Positions 57,554 to 64,000 of a DNA stretch of 64,000 nt are shown here, one piece after another. A program made the translations under genes and the position numbers. The DNA lies in assembly GCA_965215565.1 (NCBI GenBank), contig CBDCDZ010000004.1, positions 2,304,001 to 2,368,000 of the forward strand, in the 5' to 3' direction. The DNA comes from Trueperaceae bacterium. GTDB lineage: Bacteria > Deinococcota > Deinococci > Deinococcales > Trueperaceae. Within the stretch, counting starts at the first letter, position 1, and every line of letters begins with the position of its first letter. The notes beneath the pieces were generated by a model that saw only the letters and a list, made by a program, of their open reading frames with translations, did not search any database and was not told where the DNA came from.

Positions 57554-58996
57554 TTACTCCTTCGACCCCCCATACGATACCCCTTCTAAAAAGTATCGCT
57601 GAAACACCACGAAGAGGATGATGATGGGGAGTGCGCTCAAAATCGCACCCGCTAAGATGAGCCCCCAGTCGCCCGTTGTGCCGTAAATCTCCCGGAAGGT
57701 GAGCAAACCGATGGGCAGCGTTTTGATGTCTTCGGGCGTGGTCAGCACGATGAAGGGCCAGAAGAACTCGTTCCAGGCCCCCTGAAAGCTGAGGATCGCC
57801 ACCGCGCCCAAAGCGGGCCGCGCCATCGGCAGCACGACGCGCCAGTAGCGCTGCCAGTGGTTCGCGCCGTCGATCATGGCGGCCTCTTCGACCTCGTTGG
57901 GGATGGACTCGAAAAACTGCTTCATCAGAAAGACCATCGCGGCGGCGACCAACGCCGAGCCGCTCGCCCCGCCGATGATCACCCCCCAGATGGAGTTGAG
58001 GAGCGTCTGCACGCCGAAGAGCTGCGTCAACCCAAAGATGCCGTCGCGCAAAACGAGATAGTTCGAGATAAAGGTGACCTGACCGGGGATCATCATGCTG
58101 AAAAGCAGTGCGAAGAAGATGAAAGTTTTCCCTGGAAACGCGAGCCGCGCCAGCGCGTAACCTGCCATCGACGCGAACAGCAGCGTCGAGAGCACCCGTA
58201 TGATCGCGACAAAAAACGAGTTGAGCGTCCAGGCCCAGAAGAGGCTCTGTCCGGTGGTGACGCTCTTGACCTCGTTGAAGACGCGCACGTAGTTGCGAAA
58301 CACGTAGCCGATCGCGCCGGGGGTGATGGTGTCGTAGGAGACGACACGGCCTCGGCGCTCGAGCCGCGAAGGTGCCAACGTCGCGTCAATATAGCGCTGA
58401 TTGACGGGCGCGGTAATGTCCACAGGCAAGGTCTCCACCTCGGGGCCATCACCCGGATACGTCACCGTGAATTCATAAGACACAATCTGCCCTTGGACGC
58501 TCTCACCACGTATCTCGCCGCTGCCGGGCTCTCTGGACGTTTCCCTAACGTCGCTCAGTTCGGCGTAGTCGGCGGCGAACTCAATTTGCTGCGCGGCCTG
58601 CAAGCCACCGCTGCGGCGGCGCGACACGACCACTTCAGGCGTCTCGGGCTCCTGCCCTTCGGGGACGAAGTAGGTGACGCTAAAGGGCACCTGTGCGCCG
58701 GGGGCGAAGCCGCCGAACCAGCGTCCGCCCTCGCCCGCCGCGCCCAAGCGCCCCGCCGCCGACCAGTTGGCCGGGGAGAGCTGCGGGATGTTGAGCGTCG
58801 GAGGGTAATCCAAGGGGTTGGTTTTGAGGCTCGAGAACGCCGCGAAGAGGATCGGGCCCAAGAGGACGACAGCGAAAAAGAGCATCGCCAGGTAGACCAG
58901 CCCGGCCCGCGCCCAGCGGCGGCGGGCGTGCCAGCGTTCGAAGTCAGCGCGAGTGGCAAAAGAACCTGCGCCCCGTGGTGCGTTACGAACGGCCAT
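57554..58996 (-). CDS. Carbohydrate ABC permease (MalG type) with a large extracytoplasmic insert
   Basis: EEAAMIDGA, WNEFFWP; ~190-aa loop after TM1. Confidence 0.93.
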   Translation of the reverse strand: MAVRNAPRGAGSFATRADFERWHARRRWARAGLVYLAMLFFAVVLLGPILFAAFSSLKTNPLDYPPTLNIPQLSPANWSAAGRLGAAGEGGRWFGGFAPGAQVPFSVTYFVPEGQEPETPEVVVSRRRSGGLQAAQQIEFAADYAELSDVRETSREPGSGEIRGESVQGQIVSYEFTVTYPGDGPEVETLPVDITAPVNQRYIDATLAPSRLERRGRVVSYDTITPGAIGYVFRNYVRVFNEVKSVTTGQSLFWAWTLNSFFVAIIRVLSTLLFASMAGYALARLAFPGKTFIFFALLFSMMIPGQVTFISNYLVLRDGIFGLTQLFGVQTLLNSIWGVIIGGASGSALVAAAMVFLMKQFFESIPNEVEEAAMIDGANHWQRYWRVVLPMARPALGAVAILSFQGAWNEFFWPFIVLTTPEDIKTLPIGLLTFREIYGTTGDWGLILAGAILSALPIIILFVVFQRYFLEGVSYGGSKE

Positions 58997-60090
58997 CAGC
59001 GCCGCTCCGAGGGGATGAAGACGCGCTGAATGAGCACCACGATGAGCGTCAAGACCGCCAAGAACATCGCCGCCGCCGACGCGAAGCCGACCTCGGGCAG
59101 TTGCCCGCCGGGGAACATCCGGTTGTAGACGAAGTACGCCAAGGTGATGATCGACTCGAGCGGCGCTGCGTCGCCAAAAATAGCGACCTGGTCAAACATC
59201 TGCAAGGTGCCGATGAGCCCGAGCGTCACCACTAAAAAGGTCACGGGCTGCACGGAGGGCACCGTGATGTGGCGAAACTGCTGCAAAGCGGTCGCGCCGT
59301 CCAAGGAGGCCGCCTCGTAGTAGGACTTGGGCACGTCTTGAAGCGCGGCTAAAAACATCAGCATAAAGGTGGGCATGGTCGTGAAGATGTTCTGGAACAT
59401 GATGACGATGAGCGGCAGCCCGATCAGTCCGACGCTCTGCTGAGTGTTGAGCCAGATAAAGCCGATAGGCGCAATTTCCCTCGGCGCGATCACGCCGCTT
59501 ATATTGAGCAGAAAGGTCCCGGCCAGCGCCACCAAAGTCGAGATGACCAAGAGGGCGGGGTCGAGCCAGCCGGCGGGCAGGTTGCGGGCACGTTCAAACC
59601 ACACCTGCGCGAGTTGGGCGACTACCAAGATGGCTAAGAACACGGTGATAAGAGGTAGATAGGTGAGAAACTGCGTGACGAGATAGTTGATGAGGCCGGT
59701 GCGCTGAAAGAGCCACAGAAAAATGAGCGTGATGACGACGCTGCTGGTCACGCTCGGCATGTAGAACGCGGCGCGGAAAAAACCCAAGCCGCGCACCTTT
59801 TGGTTGAGAACGGACGCCATCAGCAGTGCGCCGATGGTCTGCAACGCCGTCACGACGGTTGCGAACACGACCGTGTTGAAAAGCGCGCGCAAGAAGTTGT
59901 CACTCTGAAACAGATTGATGTAGTTTTGCAGGCCGATAAATTCCAAATTGTTGATGTTGAAGAGGTTGTAGTTGGTAAAGCTAAAGACAACTGCGCGCAC
60001 GAAAGCATAGATGAAAAAGACGCCTAACGTGAGCAAGAAGGGCGCGAGGAAGAGGTAGCCTGCTAGCGCGTCCCGGAACCGCTGATTCAT
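58996..60090 (-). CDS. Carbohydrate ABC permease (MalF type)
   Basis: YLFLAP, GLQNY, YEAASLDGA, Q.FD. Confidence 0.94.
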   Translation of the reverse strand: MNQRFRDALAGYLFLAPFLLTLGVFFIYAFVRAVVFSFTNYNLFNINNLEFIGLQNYINLFQSDNFLRALFNTVVFATVVTALQTIGALLMASVLNQKVRGLGFFRAAFYMPSVTSSVVITLIFLWLFQRTGLINYLVTQFLTYLPLITVFLAILVVAQLAQVWFERARNLPAGWLDPALLVISTLVALAGTFLLNISGVIAPREIAPIGFIWLNTQQSVGLIGLPLIVIMFQNIFTTMPTFMLMFLAALQDVPKSYYEAASLDGATALQQFRHITVPSVQPVTFLVVTLGLIGTLQMFDQVAIFGDAAPLESIITLAYFVYNRMFPGGQLPEVGFASAAAMFLAVLTLIVVLIQRVFIPSERR

Positions 60091-60237
60091 GGGGTCTCAC
60101 CTCCAAAGCTAGGGGATTTGAACTCGTGATTGATGAGCGAAGTCACGCCGTACAGAAGGCTGTTAGCGGTTAGCCCTCAGGTATTAGCTAGAAGCCTTTG
60201 CTAAGAGCTAATCGCTAATACCTAACGGCTCGTTTAA

Positions 60238-60397
60238 TACACTGTCAACTAAGTTTTGCGTCATAATTGTCGCCCTGAGCTTGTCGAAGGGTCTCGTCTC
60301 GCAATCTCTGCTAGGGGAGAAAACGAATGCAGAGATTCTTTCGCTCCGCTTTGCTACGCTCAGAATGACATGACTTATTTTTTAGCTAACCCTGTGT
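60238..60397. repeat. Palindromic intergenic element, family B
   Basis: TACACTGTCAACTAA..GCCCTGAGCTTGTCGAAGG..AGATTCTTTCGCTCCGCTTTGCTACGCTCAGAATGACA..TTTTTTAGCTAAC. Confidence 0.75.
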
Positions 60398-60446
60398 TCA
60401 ACCTGCTTTCATTTAGCTATACAACAGCGAGTAAATTGAACATGTT

Positions 60447-61670
60447 CTACTGCGCCCGCTGGACTAGCGCGTCAACCTCGCTCTGCGCCTGCTCTAGGGC
60501 GGGCGTGACGTCGGCTTGACCCGTGGCGACGGCGTTGATCGCGGTGTTGATGGGCGTCACGAAGTCGGTGCCGACCGCGCCGAACTGATAGCTCTGGACG
60601 TTGCCGCGCGTCGCGCCCTCGTAGATAATCTTGTTAGCTTGAGCTTCGGGCGTGTCCTCTTGAAAGTAGGGGTTGTCCTCTAAGCTTTCACGGCTGGGGA
60701 TGGCGAGGCCGTTCTCCAAGACCCACTGCTGCGCCTCCTCGCTGGTTAGCGCCTCTAGCACGGTCAAGGCCGCCTCTTGGTTAGGCGAGTTGGCGTTGAC
60801 GCCATACGCTACCGTATAGGTGTAGTTGCCGGTCTCACCGGAGGGCGCGACGGGCAAAAAGGTGGTGCCGTACTGCAGGTTCGGAGCCGTGTCGCGCAGG
60901 TAGCCCAAAATCCAGGCCCCTTCGATCGCCACCCCGGTGTTGCCCGTGCCGAAGCAGCCCCCCGCCCAATCCTGACCTAAATCGGTAGAGAGCACGGCCG
61001 CGCCTCCTTGCACCAGTCCGGTGTAGTAGTCGAAGGCGTCTACAAAAGCTTCGTCTTGCAGGCTCGTGGAGCCGTCCTCCGAGAACGTCTGCCAGCCGTC
61101 GGCGAAGGCGAAGGGTCCCATGCGGGCGAGGTCGGCGACGACGCACGCGCCCTCGACGTCATTGCCGAGTTCGCTGACGCCGCTCAGCTTCTCAGCAAAA
61201 GACTCCCAAGTGTCGTTTTCATTCGGATAGTCAACGCCCGCCTCGTCGAACAAGTCTTCGTTGTAAAAAACCGCCAAGGTGTTGAAATCTTTGGGGATGC
61301 CGTAGACCTGACCGTCCAAGGTGAAGGGTTCCATGAGCGTGTCTATAAACGGCTCCGTGTCTATAACGTCGTTGAGTGGAAGGACCGTGCCCGTCGCTAA
61401 GATGCCGGGCGCAGTCTCGGCGGGGATGTAGAAGATGTCGCCCGCCGTGCCCGCAGAGAGGGCGTTGAAGAGCCCGGCGTTGTAGTCACCCTCGACGGGC
61501 TCGTACTGAACGGTGATGCCCTCAGCCTGCAAATCTTCACCAATCACCTCGTTGATGAGGCGGTTGACGATAGCCGGGTCTTGCCCGCCGTAACCGGTGA
61601 TGCGGACGGTTGTTTGACACAAGGCAGTTGAAGCTAAAAGTCCCAAAAGTAGCATTACAGCAAGTTTCAC
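60447..61670 (-). CDS. Sugar ABC substrate-binding protein
   Basis: Signal peptide; GDIFY, DGQVYGIP.D, FYNEDLF..AG, EGAW, IPS. Confidence 0.93.
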   Translation of the reverse strand: MKLAVMLLLGLLASTALCQTTVRITGYGGQDPAIVNRLINEVIGEDLQAEGITVQYEPVEGDYNAGLFNALSAGTAGDIFYIPAETAPGILATGTVLPLNDVIDTEPFIDTLMEPFTLDGQVYGIPKDFNTLAVFYNEDLFDEAGVDYPNENDTWESFAEKLSGVSELGNDVEGACVVADLARMGPFAFADGWQTFSEDGSTSLQDEAFVDAFDYYTGLVQGGAAVLSTDLGQDWAGGCFGTGNTGVAIEGAWILGYLRDTAPNLQYGTTFLPVAPSGETGNYTYTVAYGVNANSPNQEAALTVLEALTSEEAQQWVLENGLAIPSRESLEDNPYFQEDTPEAQANKIIYEGATRGNVQSYQFGAVGTDFVTPINTAINAVATGQADVTPALEQAQSEVDALVQRAQ

Positions 61671-61746
61671 AGTGTTCCTCCAGAGTGGGTAGAGTGCGAA
61701 GTTTAGGCGGACGGGTGGACATTACAGTTGGAGCAAATTCACCTCC

Positions 61747-62733
61747 TCACCTCTTCCTCGAGGTCGTACTGCGCACCACGAGTTGCACGGGCAGAGTTTC
61801 ACTGCGAACCGGCTCACCGCGCAAGCCTTCTTGAAGGAGCGTCACCGCGGCGGCGGCGATCTGCCGAATGTCTTGGCGCACCGTCGTGAGCTTGTCCGCC
61901 ACACCAGGCAGGTCGTCGAAGCCGACGACGGACACGTCCACAGGCACGCGCAAGCCCACGTCCTCTAACGCCGCAATGACCCCCAGCGCCATCTCATCCG
62001 ACGCGGTGAACACCGCGCTAAAGCGCAGACCTCTTTCAAATGCCTTGCGAAGCGCCCGGTACGCGCCCAAAGAGGTGAATTCGCCGTCTAAAAGGTGGTC
62101 TTTAGAGAACTCGAGCCCCGCCTCCCCCAGCACCTCCTTGAAACCCTCATAACGGTCAAAGGACGCCTGCGAGTTCATAAACCCGCTCACGTGGACGATG
62201 TCTGTGTGACCCAACTTGAGCAGATGTCTCGCCGCCTGCCTGCCTCCGTCAAGGTCATCGGGCGCAACCGAGCGCACCTCTTCACCGTGACCGATGAGAA
62301 CGAAAGGCACCTCTTCTCGCTGCAGGTGCGTGACGCGCGGGTCATCTTCGTACGCGCCTAAAAGCACCACGCCGTCGGTGAGATATTCGGGCAGCCCGTC
62401 CGCCCTTGAAGGAATTTCAAACAGCCGAAAGCCGTCGTTCTGCAGTTCCTCGACGAGATGCTCTAAAAAGAGCATGAAGTAAGGGATTAAAACCATGCGC
62501 CGCTCGCCCGTCGCCACATGAAGCCCGATGCGCTTTCCCTGGTTCGCGGAGAGTTCGCGGGCAGCAGCGTCTGGTTTGTAGCCGAGTTCTTCAATCGTGG
62601 CTAGCACTTGCGCTTTGGTCTGCGCCTTCACGCCGGAGCGCCCATTCAGTACGCGGCTCACCGTACCCGTCGAGACGCCCGCCGCTTTCGCAACGTCGGC
62701 GATGGTTGCTTTATTGGGTTTAGATAGCGCCAT
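61747..62733 (-). CDS. LacI-family transcriptional regulator
   Basis: TIADVAKAAGVSTGTVSRVLN, D.MALG, VP.DVSVVGFDD, LTTVRQ. Confidence 0.96.
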   Translation of the reverse strand: MALSKPNKATIADVAKAAGVSTGTVSRVLNGRSGVKAQTKAQVLATIEELGYKPDAAARELSANQGKRIGLHVATGERRMVLIPYFMLFLEHLVEELQNDGFRLFEIPSRADGLPEYLTDGVVLLGAYEDDPRVTHLQREEVPFVLIGHGEEVRSVAPDDLDGGRQAARHLLKLGHTDIVHVSGFMNSQASFDRYEGFKEVLGEAGLEFSKDHLLDGEFTSLGAYRALRKAFERGLRFSAVFTASDEMALGVIAALEDVGLRVPVDVSVVGFDDLPGVADKLTTVRQDIRQIAAAAVTLLQEGLRGEPVRSETLPVQLVVRSTTSRKR

Positions 62734-62787
62734 GTGGACCTCGAGCCCATCCTTAGTTGAGAAGTGAAGTTACCACTTCTATATTTT

Positions 62788-62801
62788 TGTAATCGGTTAC
62801 A
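62788..62801. promoter_or_regulatory. LacI-type operator O1
   Basis: TGTAATCGGTTACA, just downstream of the minus-strand promoter. Confidence 0.85.
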
Positions 62802-62816
62802 GTTTTACTTTAGCGG

Positions 62817-62846
62817 AGTCTATGCCTTTGCAGTTTAATTTGTCAA
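62817..62846 (-). promoter_or_regulatory. Sigma70-type promoter for the LacI/ABC operon
   Basis: TTGACA-N18-TAGACT on the minus strand. Confidence 0.75.
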
Positions 62847-62947
62847 GAGGTCGAACCGATTTGCGCGGTCTTCTGTCGAATTAACAACGCTATTCGCTCT
62901 AAATTCAGATGGGCAGAAGCTGGCGTCGAACTGGAAAAATACGTTTT

Positions 62948-62961
62948 CGTAACCGATTACA
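62948..62961. promoter_or_regulatory. LacI-type operator O2
   Basis: CGTAACCGATTACA, an inverted near-copy of O1, 160 bp away. Confidence 0.8.
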
Positions 62962-62976
62962 AAAACGCTGTTAAGC

Positions 62977-63021
62977 AAAAGAACTCGAGCCACAACATAA
63001 TCGAGGAGTGGCTCGAGTTCT
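62977..63021 (-). terminator. Probable terminator of copZ-csoR
   Basis: 14-bp perfect IR AGAACTCGAGCCAC/GTGGCTCGAGTTCT followed by a T tract on the minus strand. Confidence 0.65.
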
Positions 63022-63067
63022 CTAAGTTAAGGGCGGATAAACGAGTTGCGTAATCTTTAGAGGAGCG

Positions 63068-63385
63068 CTACACCCGCGCCTGATACTTCAGGGCTTCCAT
63101 CAACTCTTCGACAATCGCCTCTGCGTCGCCCCGCTCCGCCGCCGTGACGACGTGGTCGCGGATGTGCGAGCGCAGGACCTGGTCGTTGACCTTGCTGAGC
63201 GCCCCTTGCACCGCTTTGACCTGCTTCAAGACGTCTACACAGTACACGTCGGGGTCTTCGAGCATTCGCAAAACCCCCTCCAAATGCCCCTTCGCGCTCT
63301 TCAAACGGCGTGTCGCGTCTTGGCGCGTGGCTGGGTCGAGGTGCAGACAGCCCTCTTGGTGCGATTCTTTTGCCGGGGCAGCCAT
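63068..63385 (-). CDS. csoR: CsoR-family metal-sensing repressor
   Basis: RRLKSAKGHLEGV.RM, YCVDVLKQ..AV.GAL, H..DHV. Confidence 0.92.
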   Translation of the reverse strand: MAAPAKESHQEGCLHLDPATRQDATRRLKSAKGHLEGVLRMLEDPDVYCVDVLKQVKAVQGALSKVNDQVLRSHIRDHVVTAAERGDAEAIVEELMEALKYQARV

Positions 63386-63388
63386 CTC

Positions 63389-63613
63389 CTAGAGGGCGCG
63401 TTGCGTGTCGAGCGTGGCGTTGTAGCCTTCTTCTTCCACCATGCGGATGAGGAGTTGCACGTCGGGTGAGCCTTCGACCATCGCGGTGCCATTTTCGAGG
63501 TTTACGGTAGCACTTTCCGTGCCGGGGACGCCCTCGAGCGCCTCTTTGACCGCCTTCTGGCAGTGCTCGCAGGTCATTCCCTCGACGTTGAGTTTGATTT
63601 TTCTTTCTGGCAT
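63389..63613 (-). CDS. copZ: CopZ-like copper chaperone (HMA domain)
   Basis: VEGMTCEHC, EEEGY; start ATG 63613 after AGGAG. Confidence 0.92.
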   Translation of the reverse strand: MPERKIKLNVEGMTCEHCQKAVKEALEGVPGTESATVNLENGTAMVEGSPDVQLLIRMVEEEGYNATLDTQRAL

Positions 63614-63627
63614 TGTATACTCCTGAC

Positions 63628-63645
63628 ATACCCCTGGGGGGGTGG
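63628..63645. promoter_or_regulatory. Putative CsoR operator
   Basis: ATACCCCTGGGGGGGT C/G-tract pseudo-palindrome upstream of copZ. Confidence 0.7.
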
Positions 63646-63862
63646 GTTGGTGTTTAAGCATCATGAGCTATGACGAGTATAGCAAGCGTTTTGGAGACCG
63701 TGGGTTTGCCTCGCAGCAAAACGTGGCTTTATGGGTAGCACTGCAACCAACCCTTATAGCGCTAGGGAGAGGGGAGGTTGCTTTTAGTAGCTCAGCCATT
63801 ATCAGCCATTGTCAGCAATTGAGAACTCAACAGCCGATTTTTAGCTTACTTTAGGGGGAACC

Positions 63863-64000
63863 ATGCAAGACGTTCAAACGATGCTTCAAACGCACCCAAC
63901 ACCGATAAACCTGGACGCGCAGACCTTGGCGGAATGCGTCAAAGCGTGTTTCGACTGCGCCTCAACCTGCACCTCGTGCGCCGACGCCTGTCTCGCGGAG
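63863..64000 (+). CDS. Four-helix-bundle copper storage protein (Csp/DUF326), 5' part
   Basis: MQDVQTMLQTHP...ECVKACFDCASTCTSCADACLAE; Cys every 3-4 residues; runs off the window; not in the ORF track. Confidence 0.85.
   Translation, partial: MQDVQTMLQTHPTPINLDAQTLAECVKACFDCASTCTSCADACLAE

Noticed and set aside
57857..59029. 390-aa plus-strand ORF
   Set aside because: Antisense shadow of the ABC permease in high-GC DNA; no recognisable motifs

Overview
High-GC bacterial chromosomal window. Gene content, many apparently leaderless genes (TAnnnT 5-7 nt before the start codon) and a Deinococcus-like intergenic repeat suggest Deinococcota, possibly Trueperaceae (inference, not a database result). 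Housekeeping and metabolic genes: thiolase, GH10 xylanase lipoprotein, pncB, USP plus AGCS symporter, FMN-riboswitch-controlled ribH-ribE-ribBA, hflX, ATP-cone/2PG-kinase-like protein, Nudix, mazG, pgeF and a DEAD helicase. A hemE/hemF heme region is interleaved with two VapBC toxin-antitoxin pairs. A roughly 20 kb surface-glycan region holds a GT2, four GT4s, a UPF0104 flippase-like protein, an SLC13 permease, cysQ and a probable dual-domain ribofuranosyltransferase. The window ends with a LacI-controlled sugar ABC/glucosidase operon and copZ-csoR plus a Csp-like gene. The best leads are: an AUU start for hflX; a 97-nt structured insertion in the FMN riboswitch; a modular family of TA-flanked miniature elements, one of which visibly interrupts a gene; strong CTCGAG enrichment; a near-identical patch between two inverted GT4 paralogs; and candidate structured RNAs at about 37.5 kb and upstream of the DEAD helicase. 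No rRNA, tRNA or CRISPR array was seen. All calls come from reading the sequence by eye.
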